This document shows, piece after piece, positions 12,278 through 26,484 of a DNA stretch of 64,000 nt. The DNA comes from Negaprion brevirostris. Lineage: Eukaryota. The position numbers and the translations under genes were made by a program. The stretch lies in assembly GCA_030324005.1 (NCBI GenBank), contig JARDVH010000140.1, forward strand, positions 18,239,106 through 18,303,105, in the 5' to 3' direction. Positions within the stretch are counted from its first letter, which is position 1. Every line of letters starts with the position of its first letter. The notes beneath the pieces are model-generated. The model made no database searches. It worked only from the letters and a program-made list of their open reading frames with translations, and was not told the origin of the DNA.

Positions 12278-13148
12278 CTTATTAGATTTTGTATCATCAT
12301 TCATACACTGGTCTCTTGCATGAGCCACTTTATCCAATGAAATCTGCTCCTGACCATTTGTAACCTGCTGTTCTTTCCCAAGGGTTTCTTGTGCAGTCAC
12401 CTTAGCAACAGGGCATTTCCCCCCACCAAGCTCCTCAGTTTTTGAGTGTGACTGGCTTCGTGCCCCATTCTCCTGTGAAAGTTCAATGAATTTTTCTCTG
12501 GCACTGAAGAAGTCAAGTCGATCAATACTTAAGTTGTTAATTCCAGCATCTACATTTGATGATGAAACTGGAGAAGCCAGTTCCTGTGAAGTTTTATGAT
12601 CTTCTAACAGGGGTGCAATTTCAAGAAATGGTGCTGAAATGTTGTTTGAGTTTGAACTAACATCTTTTTCCGATTCATCTACTTCTAAAGAAGTCAACAT
12701 CATGGAATGATCAGGTGAAGATAAAAGTCCATTCAGTGACAAGACTTCTCCTGGTTTGTTAGAGTGGCTGCCTTGGAGAGGAAGAGTATCTAAGCTGCAA
12801 CCTGCACAACTCTTGGTGATACTACTGGAGGTCACTGATGCAGGCATTGTTGCAGAAGAGATGCTGTTGTGCAACTCATCGGGGTCACATTTTAAAGGCA
12901 TTTCATTCTCTGTAACGAGTCTAAAAGTTGATTCATTTTTATCCTCATGGACTCCAGGTAAAAATGTGTCCAGGACATCCGAGAATTGAGACTGACATAG
13001 ATGCTCAGTAAGTGGATCAGTTGGCATTTCTGTAGTGGAAGTACTATCCCTTCTGTTTAAGTCAACAGTAGATTTATTAATACGCTCACGGTGATCAGAA
13101 AGGTCACTGTCAGAGTGCGATCGCCATAGCTTATTGTGCCGCTGCTTG
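12278..13148 (-). CDS. SSH2: SSH2 coding exon (approx. exon 14): SKQRHNKLWRSHSDSDLSDH...DRLDFFSAREKFIELSQ...KSNK
   Basis: Lies within ORF 12227..13273. Contains the SSH2-specific LWRSHSDSDLSDH and DFFSAxEKFxELSQ motifs. Acceptor caatgcag, donor AAG|gtaaaa. 871 nt. Confidence 0.95.
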
Positions 13149-13559
13149 CTGCATTGAAAAAATAAAGATGAATAGTTTAAACAAAAGTCATTGTCAAAGC
13201 AAATTATTTCAGGCATAACACAACATATGGTTATATAATGCCCAATCACACAGACATACCTCAAACATTCCACCCAAATTAGTTTTCAGATGCAATCAGT
13301 GTTATCTTAAGTACAGCAATCACTTCTTTCCCCAACAATATCTAACAATAGCCTCTTAAAAATGTCCCAAAACACAAACTACAATAATTACTTTGAAATG
13401 TCTAGACTCTTGTTGCTTAAACACTGCTTCCATTTTGGACACAAAATTCCTCAAATACAAAAAAAGTACCTCTTGATTTATTTTTAGTAGGGTGAGGTAG
13501 GAATGCTCAGGATTACTAACAACTATCTGAAAAAGCAGAGCGGGAGAATCAGTTTAACT

Positions 13560-13695
13560 TTCATCACCACCAATACTGCAGCACTCCTCTTGAACTGCAC
13601 TGAAGTGGCAGTATAGATTATGCACTCAGGTCTTAGAGAAGCTTGTGCCTAATCTTCTGATTCAGAATAAGGTGAGTTCAAGCCAAATTGACAAG
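13560..13695 (-). mobile_element. Old Deu-domain-type SINE (SacSINE1-like) 5' fragment
   Basis: Reverse complement resembles a tRNA head followed by tgcataatctata...cagtgcagt...gagtgctgcagt. A similar remnant lies at about 45320-45560. Confidence 0.5.
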
Positions 13696-14613
13696 AAAAA
13701 TAATTCCAAGAATTGAAAGTGTAAATAAATCTGATCTGAAATTTTTGTTGTGAGGGTAAAATCACCTGCAGCAGCTAGACAGGCTAATGTTGATGTCAGA
13801 TTTGCAAAATCCATATAAGTCTTTTCCTCGTTTTCTCCCCATCATAGCTGGAGACTCTTTGGGATAATTCTGGTAACTGACAAGTGGGTTGGCAATGATT
13901 GATAAGATAGTAAATTCAATTGGTTCAAAGTGAGAGAACCAACAAGCAACTCAAAATCATTGCGTTTATTTGCCAAATGAGAAAAAAACTTTCAATCTAT
14001 CTTTTGCAGGAGTGGGAACAATCTTTAGCCATTAAAAAATTCTGCAAGATGAAAAGAGACTAGTTTATCATACAAGCCTCATTGGAAGGCTGATATAATC
14101 CAAAGCATTTCTAACGCACTACTAAGCGTTGACTTCTTTACTGAATACCTGTTGATGCAAAGAAAATAAAGCAACCAGATCATCCACATAAGTCCCGCAT
14201 CTGTAGGTGGAAAGATGTAAATAGATTATATTAACCCCAAAACGAACTGGTTTTTGGGCACACTTTATGTTGTTTTCGTAAAGAATATCTTAAGCAGTTA
14301 CTGTAGTCATACAAGAGGGACTACCTTCATGTGTAAACACTCAAGCCATCAGTATTAATGTGGACAATGGAAAACATGAAAAATGATATGCTGCTACCGC
14401 TGGACCACAAGGAGTTCAAAAAGGTAGTTAGTGACATGGTACCAGCAGCTCCCACCTCCCTTCCATTGCCAGGTTTCCCCACGACATAACTGTCCAAAAT
14501 GCACTTTAGGAACCCAGTTTAAATAAGTTAATTAAGTGTCTTGCCTTTCTTTTCTCCGCCAAAACTGACTCCCTACATTCTGTCACTTGAAAAAGCAAAG
14601 GGTGCATACACAA

Positions 14614-14811
14614 AAGCTGGATTTTCCAGCTCTTCCTGCTGGTGGGACCTTCCAGTCCTGTAGAAGGCAATCACCCTCATGGTGGGTTCCCTGGCTGTAG
14701 GGCAGGCAAGCAACACAAATGGTCGTCAGACGATCCCACCAACAGCCAATGGTGAGCCACCTCTGCCACCAGAAAATCTGCCACAGGGGATGGGTGCAGA
14801 AAATCCGGCCC
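14614..14811. mobile_element. Harbinger-like MITE
   Basis: Termini aagctggattttcc / gaaaatccggccc are imperfect inverted repeats of the GG(C/G)nGGA(T/A)TTT type. GC-rich body of about 200 bp. Confidence 0.7.
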
Positions 14812-15827
14812 ACAGTGTTGGGGATGCTTTCCTATATTTAATTCTAAGCACTGTTCTCTACCATTCCACAGCCTCTTGTCTGTCATGGGGGATTAATAGA
14901 GGGCAAGTGTTCAGAGAGGGGAATATGGCAAGGCTATTATAAGCAGACAATATCTCAAATTTTCAAGTACACAAACCCTGTGATGCTCCCACTTAAAAAC
15001 AGGGAAGTGCATAAATGGGCAAGTATAAACAAGAACAAACTGAAGCACGGATATCTCAAACATCATTCCAATATCACATCTGTATTGCAACAACCAATCA
15101 TGTAAATTTGAGTCACTCACTGGCACTTCAATATCTCCAGTGTTTCATATTGTGGTAGAACGTGAATTTCTTGATGTAACATTCCTGGCTTTTACTAGTG
15201 GATGCTGTAATTCTCGTCTATACTAGCAAGGAATGCTGGGCAGGAAACAAATTAAAATCCTGCATATATTGTTAAAAATGCATCCATTAAAAAGCTAAAC
15301 ATTGCTCAAAAATATCAAATTTTTTTTGCTGTTTGATAGTTCTTCAATTGTACTATGACACTGTTGTTGCCACAGTTCCAAGTAAGTTGCATTAAAAACC
15401 TAAATGACTAAAATCGCAACTTCCTAATTACCATATTGGTTTGAATATACTACAGCCCTGCTCATTGAAGTACTTGCATAAAAGTAGGTTATTTGTGTTA
15501 GTATCATCTTTCCTGTTATACAATTTTGACTATTTTGAGATATGAAATGATATTTGTGTTGTGGGAACAAGTGAATTCAAATACTCAGCAGGGAAACAAA
15601 GTTCAGTGGTTTGTAATCTAATATGTTAAACACAAGCTTTCCTTGTGATACAACGTAATCAAAATTCTTTTGTAATGAAACATTATACATAAATAAAAAC
15701 AGCTCAACAACAAACCAAAACAATCTTTTGGATGACTCTCATGTAATTAGAAAATCCAGCCGAAAATTCAAAGAAATGGAAGCAGTGGAAGTGCAAATAC
15801 AAAACGTTAATGAGAAATGGTAGCTCA

Positions 15828-16325
15828 GCATGTGCTGGCCTTGGAAAGGGTCCAAAGGAGGTTCACAAGAATGGTCCCTGGAATGAAGAGCTTGTCGTAC
15901 GAGGAATAGTTGAGGACTCTGGGTCTATATTTGTTGGAGTTTAGAAGGCTGAGGGGGGATCTTATTGAAACTTACAAATTATTGCAAGGCCTGGATAGAG
16001 TGGACATGGAGAGGATATTTCCACTAGTAGGAAAAATTAGAACCAGAGGGCATAAACTCAGACTAAAGGGATGATCCTTTAAAAAAGAGATGAGGAGGAA
16101 CTTCTTCAGCCAGAGAGCGGTGAACCTGTGGAACTCATTGCTGCAGAAGGCTGTGGAGGGCAGTCATAGAGTGTCTTTAAGACAGGGATAGGTAAATTTT
16201 TGATTAATAAGAGGATTAGGGACTATGGGGAAAAGGCACGAGAATGGGGGCAGCCATGATTGAATGGCAAAACAGGCTCAATAGGCCGAATGGCCTAATT
16301 GTGCTCCTATGTCTTATGATCGTAT
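15828..16325 (+). mobile_element. CR1-type LINE 3' fragment
   Basis: LALERVQRRFTRMVPGMKSLSYEE-like coding remnant followed by the ggccgaatggcctaatt...cttatg tail. Confidence 0.9.
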
Positions 16326-16849
16326 AGCAAGCTAGATCATTGTTCTGATCTATGTATAAAAGCAATTAAGAGAACAACTTCTTCCATCTAAACATACATC
16401 GAGCTTGATTCACGAAACAAACTGAATCTGAGTCCAAACTCTCTCCTATGCATCGGTGAAGCAGTCTTCAGTATCAGGAATCAAACTTTTGCTTTTTTCC
16501 ATCTCTCAAAACATCTCAAAATTTAACCTTTGAATTGCACTTTCTGCTACAAGCTTGTTCATTATTCTTTATCTCATGGGTTTTTTTTGTGAAGCATGTT
16601 GGGATGCTCAACACTAAATACATCAAATAAATGCATGTTGCTGATTTTTAAAAAACTGATATTCCAAACAAGCTGGTATCAATTGAACCCATGTGATAGA
16701 AAATGTATTTGTTGAAGACAAAGAAACATTTATTCACAGTTAAAATGAAATTCAAACTTTCCTTAGCTTCTAACTAAATTCTCAAGTTTTTCGTTTATCC
16801 ATTCATTATTTTCCCTATGTTGACCATGGGTGTTTAACCTGTCAAAAGT

Positions 16850-17960
16850 TTACCTCAGCCTGGAATATGTTCATTGACCCAGTCTTCATTGTTATGTGTG
16901 GTAGAAAATTCCAAAGAATGATAGCCCTTTGACAGAAGAAAATTCTTGTCTTTTTAAATTGACCGCTTAGCTTTTAACTAGACCTCTTATTTCTAGATTC
17001 TCCCCACAAGGGGAAACTGCCTCTCAGCATCTATCTTACTTGGAACCCCTCAAAGTTTAATGGCAAGATTTTCCGATATTCCAGCCACACGATACCTAGT
17101 GTAAAGCTGTTCTCTAGGAGTGGGATTCTCTGGTCTCGCTACTGTCAGTGGGATTTCATATTGAAGTCATCTCATGGTGCTGCAAACACCATGGGTGGGG
17201 GTGCACTGATGGCAGAACTGGGGAATCCCACTAGTGTGAACAGCCAGAGAATTCCGGCCTATATGTTTCAATAAGATTACTTCTCATTCTTCTAAACTCC
17301 AATTGGTACAGGTCCAATCTGCTCAACTTTTCCTCATGACAATCTCTCTATACCAGGAATCTGCCTAATGAACCTTTTTCGGAACTGCTTCCTAAACAAA
17401 TAGATCCTTCCTCAAGAAAGGACACCAAAACTTTATTTACACAGTACTTCAGGTGGGGTCTCGCCAATGTCTGTACAGTTGTAGTAAAGTATCCCTACTT
17501 TAATACTCCATCCCCCTTGCAATGAAGGCCAGCATTCAATTTGTTTTCCTAATTACTTGCTCGTATACAAGGACATCCAGATCCCTCTGTCACAACATTC
17601 TGCAGTCTTTCTCCATTTAAATAATATGCTTCTCTAATCTTCCTGCCATAATGGACAACTTCACATTTTCTTACATTATACTCATCTGCCATTTTTTGAC
17701 AATTAATTTAAACCACCTATTTTATTGTTGCAAACTTTGTCTTCCACACTAATTGTTTTCTTACATACCTTTGTATCATTAGCAAATTTGGCCGTAATGC
17801 AGTTGACTCCTTCATCCAAATCAATAAATGGAAGTTCCATCACTGATCCCTGGAACACCCCACTACAGTTACAGTTTGCCAAGCTGAAAATGACCTATTT
17901 ATCTCAACCCTTAGTTTCCTGTTGGCTAGCCAATCCTTTATCCATGCTAGTACATCAACC
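16850..17960 (-). mobile_element. CR1-type LINE RT fragment, interrupted by a MITE
   Basis: ORF 17840..18046 contains WIKDWLANRKLRVEIN..FSAWQTVT (CR1 RT). The element continues to the 3' region on the minus strand. Confidence 0.85.
17061..17260. mobile_element. Harbinger-like MITE nested in CR1
   Basis: Termini tggcaagattttcc / gagaattccggcct. CR1 sequence resumes on both sides (cccctcaaagttt..tatatgtttcaataagat). Confidence 0.7.
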
Positions 17961-19065
17961 CCAATACCATCTGTTTTGTATAACGTAACATCCCAAATTG
18001 TTTTGGCAACTCCTGACATATTATGTGACACCTTTTTCCACTTCATATTGTTTCTGGTACAAGTTCAGCCTGCAGTTGTATTATTTTTAGCACACCTATT
18101 ACCTTGTATTATTTAACAAGATGTCACAAGGTTACAGTAGTTCATGGGATAATTGCTGTTCTACAACACAAATAAGCCAACAGAAATGCCATTTACTATT
18201 TTGGAAAAACAAGACTTCTTTTAGTTGTTAACACAGGAAGTTAGTTTAGTTGTTAATGAAGGATATGCAGAAAACTATGGAGGGGCAAACAAATCGGAAA
18301 ATTTACAGTTTCTCTGTTAATAAGGGAACTATAAATAATGTTCACTAAAATGAAAATTTGCATTTACTCTCAAAAATCAGTAAACCTAAATATTCTATTT
18401 CAACAATAACTGACCACAATAAAGGTATGAAACAATATCAAGCTCAAGTTAAAATTTACAGTTTATAATGCAGATCTCAAGATCATTAAGTTCACTACTT
18501 GTATTATAGATAGAAGCTGGTCTTTTAGTCATAAGATATAAAGAACGACTTAGCCTGGGCATGCTGTGAGCCAAAAGTTAGACCTGCAAATCTTCAATTT
18601 GATAGCTGATGATGATATTTAGTTATTAGTTTTCCCAATTCAAGCAACCATTCTGTCAACTTGACCTTTGGTTGGGATATTAAATCATTCCAACTTTAAT
18701 ACTATGAGAGTACATAGAATACACCCCAAGATGGGTGACCAATTTGTTAGTTGATAGGAACATTCTGACAGTTCTTGGACCGACTAGAGCTTTACGTGAA
18801 GAAGATTGAGTTTAGAAAACTGAATGCAATGCAATATCATTTTTGGTAGTCATAAAATACAGCTTCTGCATGTTAATAAAAAGTGCTTAAACTGCCAAAC
18901 ATTGAATTTATACCATATGCTTCAGTTTATAAAAAGTACAGACATTTCCTGTCCTATTGGCACAAAAAACATAAACTGTGAACACAAGACACAATAACAC
19001 AAAGTAGAATTAGAGAACATTGAACTGCAGGACAGTCTCTCCTACATTATCTCTCTAAGCTTTCA

Positions 19066-19356
19066 CTGTGGTTAGTCTCACAGCATCAAGAGCCTGGGTT
19101 CAATTCCCAGCTTGGGTCACTGCCTGTGTACAGTCTGCATGTTCTCCCTGTGTCTGTGTGGGTTTTCTCCAGGTGCTCTGGTTTCCTCCCACAATCCGAA
19201 AGGCATGCTGGTTAGGTGCATTGGTCATGCTAAATTCTCCTTCAGTGTACCTGAACAGACGCCAGAGTGTGGCGATTAGGGGATTNNNNNNNNNNNNNNN
19301 NNNNNNNNNNNNCACAGGTTTAATTGTGACACTAATAGTTAAACTTTTAAAAACTT
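19066..19356 (+). mobile_element. V-SINE/HE1-like SINE with alternative tail (gtggcgattaggg...tgtgacactaata...aaacttt)
   Basis: tRNA B-box gggttcaattcc and V-domain body. The tail differs from the CR1-like tail. Confidence 0.88.
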
Positions 19357-21473
19357 AAAAGGCAAATTTGGAGTACTGTTTACTCATTAAACTCCACCTT
19401 TTTTTTCCAGCCATAATATGTAAAAGGGTGAAGTATTGGTAGTAGGAAGTTAACTCAATTAACGTATTTTCAAGTAGTTCAACAACTATCCTTGGATATA
19501 CTAATGTAGCATATTATTGGCTTGGAAACAATACAAATTCATTTGCATCATGTTTCATTTACCAAAAGATGCATTAGGATGAAAACCTGTATGAACTCTT
19601 CATCAGAATTTGTCCTGAGACGAGAATTCAATAGTCCATTGTACGGGTCAGCGACACGCACACAAAGTTAATCAGGAAAGATATGATGAAACCAGTTCAA
19701 TGAGCATGGATCACTATTTTTCAGATCCCAATAAATGCTGCAAAGCCTACAGTGCCAACGCCAACACATCTCATTTGTTACAAAATTTGTGAGCCACTGC
19801 AAAAGCATTTGGTTTGTCTTCAGCGGCAGACAGACAGTTCAAAAATGTGTTTTACCACTAGGTTTACTTAGTACATTGATACAAAACATCCAGTAACAAA
19901 GAGAGTGGTGATGGTAGGGTTATGTTTTATGCAACAGTAAACCCAACCTATTGCATTACANNNNNNNNNNNNNNNNNNNNNNNNNNNNNNNNNNNNNNNN
20001 NNNNNNNNNNNNNNNNNNNNNNNNNNNNNNNNNNNNNNNNNNNNNNNNNNNNNNNNNNNNTGCATTACATCCATTATACTAAATATGTGACACGATGGAA
20101 TACTGATAGCAACATGTCTATTTCAAGCTACACTTTTCCAAGCATAACCCAAACTTCTAAGAACTGAATCTAGCAGGTTTGGTGTACTTCCACATATTTT
20201 TAATTCAAGCTGACACATATGGTATTTCCTACTGCCGTCTTTAAACTGGGTTATAACATCCCAAAAGTGGTCAGCATGATACCTACTAAATTACATTAAT
20301 CCAAGCCCAAATTACTGCTATAACAAAGGTTTCAAAGTTTATGATATTTAATGTTTAGTCAGGTTAATTAAAACAGGGAGACAAAAACAATTTTGAGGCA
20401 TTACAAAATAAATAATTATATCGGTGTTGCTCGTGCTGATTTAGTACACATGAAAGATATGAGAAAAATATGAAGTGGATAGAGGTAAAGTGTTTGGTTC
20501 AAATAATCCAGACACAAATTAGGACAAGTATTCAGGAATGTGTGTTTACAGGTTGGGCCAGGGGGTGGGCTGAAAATTTCAGACAAGCCAAATAAATGCG
20601 AAAGCTAATTTTCTTCTGCTACGAGACTATTGTTAAAGTCAATTGAGTGCAGTGTGAATGAAGAAAATGGGTCCAGGAGCACATTAATTCTAAATAAACC
20701 AAAGTCAAACTTTCTCCATCTCAATGGTTAGAAGCATTCTTCATAGAAGACCTTACACACCAGCTTCATGTTCCACTACAAAGTTTTTCCATTTGAAATA
20801 CAAAATGGTTAATTATACCATATTCAGCTAGTAACAGAAAGCCTGCATGCTTTAATCGTCGAGGTCTTGGATAGAAGATCACTAATCACATAATTGAATA
20901 GTCTTTTTTACATTTTCCACAAATAAAACAAAAATACAAGAACACGTTGAGTACTGCAGGGCACAATGAGAATGGATGCCAAGTTCATGGAACTTGCCCC
21001 TATTTGTGGTTTGTTCCAAAGGAATTTAATAATTATTATCTTGTATTGCTATTTCCAGATAGGTCATTCCAATGAAACCAGTTAGAATGGGAGACCCTGG
21101 TTCAAATCATAATTTGGTTTGACATTTCCACTCGCAGCGAGTTGGTAATCTCACACCTAGTTTGTCTGGTTGAGGACCATGCAGACACAAGGTGTGCAGC
21201 TGACTACGAGAGAGGGAAAATTGGCAGTGGCTCTACCTTGGGTTGCACTGCAGGACCTGGTTCTAGAGCATCATCTGTGGAAGTCGTGGAGATGTACATG
21301 GCTGCCCTGCCTGCCGTTCTATCAGACCCAATCCAGTGTGTGTGTGTGCCAGGAGGTAAATAGAGGAAAGAAAATGTGAATCAAGTAAAGAAAAGACAGA
21401 CAAGACACATCACACATCTGATATTGTAAATTAAGGCTAACTGAAAAAGAATGATCGAAGATGATGCACCCAC

Positions 21474-21674
21474 CTAGCCAGCAAGATACCCTGGTACTCT
21501 TCTAGTTGTCGCATGAAGCTCATGTTAGGCTTTGTAACTGTCCGTTTCTCCTTCACAAAACTGTAAGCTTTGTCCAAGTTCCAGCCATATTCTTTCATTG
21601 CATATGCAATTACTGTGGACGCAGACCTGCTGATGCCCATTTTACAGTGAACAAGACACTTGGAACCATTTTTT
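21474..21674 (-). CDS. SSH2: SSH2 coding exon (approx. exon 13), catalytic: KNGSKCLVHCKMGISRSASTVIAYAMKEYGWNLDKAYSFVKEKRTVTKPNMSFMRQLEEYQGILLA
   Basis: Intact CX5R P-loop HCKMGISRS (overlaps ORF 21437..21640). Acceptor ttccgtcag, donor AG|gtgggt. 201 nt. Confidence 0.98.
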
Positions 21675-23905
21675 CTGACGGAAAAAGAAATATATGTTCA
21701 GAATCAAAATTTTCTAAAGTTAAGGTGGTAGCTTGAGATGGTGAGTCTTAGGAATATAGCATTGATAGTAGGTGTTCAAAACTTAAATTTGCCAATTTAT
21801 GCAAAATATGTCCATCCTGGACAACAATGGGAATTTATCAATAAACCCAAACATGTTCCATACTTACAGCTTTACACAATTAAAGCTGGATTAGAAGCAG
21901 GCATACATTTAATTTGGTGTAGAATTTTTCATCGTATGATGAATTCTACCGTCATTCATATTTAGATTATTTTGATTTATCTTGGAGGTTTGAAATGAAG
22001 ATTTTTTTAAAAAATTTGAATGCACCAACAAGAACTCTGATAAAAGATACATAGCCAGTCACAATTTGCTCCTGACAGTTGCAATTAGTCCAACAGGTCT
22101 GGCTAAACTTAATTTTTAACATACACAAAACAATTAGTGAGTAGAAATTTGAACTGATTACATGAAACTGATTCATCTTTAAAAATTAGATTTTAGAATA
22201 AAAATCTAGAATGGCTTGCTGTTTACACTGGAAACCAAACATCACTCAAAATTTAGCTCCATCAAATTATCTTTTTAATTTCAAGACACTGAAAGTCCTA
22301 AATTTTGTGACAAATGGCATGGGTGCTAATGCTTCAAAGAGCTTGAGGAACAACATACTTAATAACAACACACGATACTAGATTTTTAAAAGTTTGAGTA
22401 TCGAAAAGACTTAATTTCTGCCAATATTGAACTTTCCCATTAGGCTTGCGTAAGAGTGAGATATATAAAAAGTACATCATCCAAGTGAATTTAATTGTGT
22501 GTTTGTTACTAGAGTATGTACTTGATAATCTGTACAGATTAGCTGCAGCTTCCATTGTTCACTTCATGGCAGAGCATCAAATGATGAAATAATTTCCCTA
22601 AATTACAAACCTTTTCACTAGAAATCCATCAATTGGGAACAAGCCAAATCACAAACTTTGTAGTTTAACACAGATCGTGAGAATTAAGGGTGTTAAGTTC
22701 ACAATTCTACATCAATTCACAATTTATGTGGGTAATCTTTGTTTACGCTTCAAAATCGCTCAACATCCAACTTTATGGTTATGTTACTGAAACTACCCTA
22801 TTGGCATCTTTGTGAACACAAATACTCAAAAGTGTAGATTAATAGGTAGAGAAGGTCTTGGTACTTTGGAGTCTGGAACTGTTTATTAGTTTTCTGAATA
22901 CAGTGGAAAGCAATCTGCTCTAAAACTGCATCCAAAGTCACCAGGACAAATATTATACTTATGATTCATGTTTTTATACAATGATAATTCGCTCTGAAAT
23001 GAAGAACTATTTGGAATCAAAGATCAGCAGCAGCCATCAAAACATTGAATGACATGAAATTCTGCACTTTACATCCAGGATAACTATGAAATGGTATGAA
23101 TTAAACTCAACACAAAACTCTACTATTGGTATGATGCCTTCAAAACACTATGCAGTATCAAGAGGATTCAAGACTGCAACTCCCAAAAATGTACTTTATA
23201 AGTGAGATGGCATTACTGTAGTAGGTGTGTCTACAGAGGTTGTAATTTCATCTCAGGAATCCTGAGTTAAACATAAATAGCAACACAGCACATTTTGGAA
23301 CTACCATTTCAAAAAACACAGCCATAAATGTCCACGTTTGGAAATCAATGGTTGACGTTCACATTGATTTTATTTCCTAGCTTTCATTATCTCAAATTAT
23401 GACAACTTTAATCAAAATTTCAACTGAGCACACTTACTGTCTGAAATGTTGGCCATTACATTTTCCAGCAAGTCAAATTATGTCCTTTGGTACAATTCTA
23501 GGACTCGGCATGACCAGTATTTTAAGCAGAACACGAACATTCAGGGTTTTTTTTTTCTCCAGTGTTGTTGACAGGACTTAAGATTTAAAATATCATTACA
23601 GCTGGCAGCTACCCACCATCCCAGGAACTCTTTCAGACTTGTTTTAAAACAAAACAGCCTGAAAACCAGACTGATCTTCTGATGTGTATTTTTATATTTT
23701 GTAATAAATGTGTGCAACGGAATAAAATAAAGCTAAATTTATGTTAATACAAAAAAAACTAGGAAAGCTATGCATGGAATGACCACACTATAACTAGTCA
23801 GGCCATCTAGTTCCAACAGACAATTCCTATATAATATACAGATTTTTAAATACTACATTGATAAGAACCACCCAACACCAGAGTGATTTCTATTTAATTA
23901 CATAC

Positions 23906-24052
23906 TTTGCCTTAGAGATGAATTTGTATGTATCATTCCAATATGCAAGCAGATCTGTGGCTTCCTCATCATATACCCTGATGTTATGGTACTCAAATAT
24001 TCCTGGGAAAAAGTTATCAATTTCACGGGTGATATTCAAGATGTACCGAATC
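23906..24052 (-). CDS. SSH2: SSH2 coding exon (approx. exon 12): IRYILNITREIDNFFPGIFEYHNIRVYDEEATDLLAYWNDTYKFISKAK
   Basis: DSP domain including the general-acid loop RVYDEE. Acceptor tatttag, donor AA|gtatgt. 147 nt. Confidence 0.97.
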
Positions 24053-25499
24053 CTAAATAGAAAATTGAAGAAATGATCAGTTTAGGCTCTGCCATTGCCA
24101 TTCAAACAGGTTTAAATTGAAAGCAACTTGCACTGTCAGGTACACAGGGCGAGTTTTAAAAAGCCTATTTTTTNNNNNNNNNNNNNNNNNNNNNNNNNNN
24201 NNNNNNNNNNNNNNNNNNNNNNNNNNNNNNNNNNNNNNNNNNNNNNNNNNNNNNNNNNNNNNNNNNNNNNNNNTAAAAAGCCTATTTTTTGAAATAAATG
24301 TAAATATATTTTGTAGATTGCATTTTGTGAGAGAATTTTCTCTTAGATGTTGTAGCACAATGCAGTACTAAACCAAACATGACTACCCTGCAGGGGGAGA
24401 TATAACCATTATGATAAAATAAAGGATGAATTAATGCGGTAGATACAACAATTGTAATAAAAAACAGGATGAATTAATGTGAAGGTTATTGACTATGAAC
24501 ATAACTGTTTGCAAATGAAAAACTGGCACATCCAAACTTTCAGCAATCAATTTTATAGAGGGATATAGTCAACAAATGTATGCTTATATTCAGTTCAAAA
24601 CTAAACCTGCACCAGATGAGCAAGTATGGTAATTAACTGGTCAGTGCCAACAAAATGTATTCCAATGCTGAAACATGTCAAAATGAATAATGGAGTGAGT
24701 TTCTGGCCCCATAGAGGACAATGTCACCAGATGAAACATCAAGTGAGAACAATGCGTTTCCCCAAGAGCAGGATAAACAAGAACAACAGAAAAATGATGG
24801 AAACCAGGCTGTTCTTGCATACATTCTACTTGCCAGCCCAATGTAAATATCCTCAGCAGTTTCTAGTCTTTCTTTCAGTTGGGGAAAGCAGCTAATTACC
24901 ATTCTTCCAATTTTTAACACAGTAAAACAGCTTTAAGTGAAAAATTCAAAATTCTCTAACAAATATAACATCTGATTTAAAAGCCACCAATAAGCTTCCT
25001 AATTGCCAAAACACAAAAATAAACAATTTTTAAAAATGAATAGGTTATCTTTAGTGAAGGCATTTAAAATATGTTCACAGCTCCATAAATCAACATGTTG
25101 CCTTTAAGGTAAATACATTTTGAGGAAGACTAAGGGGAGAGGAGGAGTGGCACTAAGTAAATTGCTTCTTTAGAAGAAGCAGCACAGACATGGCAGGCTG
25201 AATGGCTTCCTGTGCTGTAACCGCTGTGATTCTGTAGAAGGATTTAATAACATTTTTTGTGATCAAGCCAGATCTTTGAACTAGTTGCTTGCCAAAGAAT
25301 TTCAAACCTGCGGCACTTGGACATAACAGAACAGAGAAGAATATATCAAGGGGGAGAATGAGACAAGAGTGAGGGGAATAATGGTTTTAGTAAGACAACG
25401 GCATCAAAAGTGGAGAANNNNNNNNNNNNNNNNNNNNNNNNNNNAATTAAATGTGGGCCAAAGGCGAGATTATTGAGAATTTAAAATGCAGTAAATGAT

Positions 25500-26135
25500 C
25501 TAGGAGCACAGGAACAGGATGAAGCCACTTGGCCCATCGAGCCTGCTTCGTCATTCAATTAGATCATAATTGATCAACTGGCAATCTCCATATTCCTTGA
25601 ATTTGTGTTTTGAATACACTCAATGATTTTGAGTTTTCACAGAATTGCAAAGATTCATCATCAAGTGAAGAAATTCCTCCTCATCTTAGTCATAAATGGC
25701 CTACCTCTTAGCCTGTGACTACGTGTGGTTTTATAGAGTCAGAAATCTGGAGAAACATTATTTATTTCCACCCTGAGATGCCCTAAGAATTCTGCAAGTT
25801 TCAATGAATTTGCTCCTCCTTCTTCAAAACTCTAGGGAATATAGAGCTAGTCTCTCTCCTCATACAACATCCCAGGGATTAATCTGGTGAATCCCTGTTG
25901 CACTCCCTCTATGGCAAGTATATCCCAACTTCGACAAAGATGCTGAAACTACATACAATACTCCAGGCGAGGGCTCACTAGGGCTCTATATAACTGCAGT
26001 AAGACATCTTTCCTCCTGTACTCAAATCTCCTTACAATGAAGTCTTCCTAACTCTTGCTGCACCTGCACGCTAACTTTTAGTGTCTCATGAACAAGGACA
26101 CTTGTACTTCCCAACCTCTCACCATTTAACATTTG
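25500..26135 (-). mobile_element. CR1-type LINE 3' fragment
   Basis: Reverse-complement tail aggaacagga..gccacttggcccatcgagcctgct and RT-region remnants. Confidence 0.8.
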
Positions 26136-26484
26136 AGAAAGTTTATTTTTCTGGGATGGACAGAGAAAGAAGTAGGGTTGGGAGGTTGAAGCGGAGTACG
26201 AATAGAGCGCAATTCAAGGAAATGATCAGATATAATCTCATCAGTTACAATGGGAGAATGAGGGGTTAAGAAAGGGAACTAAAGGTGTTGTGAAATTTAT
26301 TTTCCCTCAGAATGTACATTACTAGATATATCTGGTTTTTTCATATGTTTCACAAGTAAATTCTGAAATGCTTTGGACTACTGGGAATCATATTAAGTGG
26401 TTTTCATAGAGAGAACATCGACCAAAAATAAATAAGGTCAAGAATTTGCTTATGTCAAGAAATGGCTCATGCATCAAGTCAACT

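Noticed and set aside
13149-13273. N-terminal extension of ORF 12227..13273 (MECLRYVCVIG...)
   Set aside because: Intronic read-through upstream of a good acceptor at 13149. Slingshot homology starts at SKQRHNKLW. The tail 12227-12277 is likewise past the donor.
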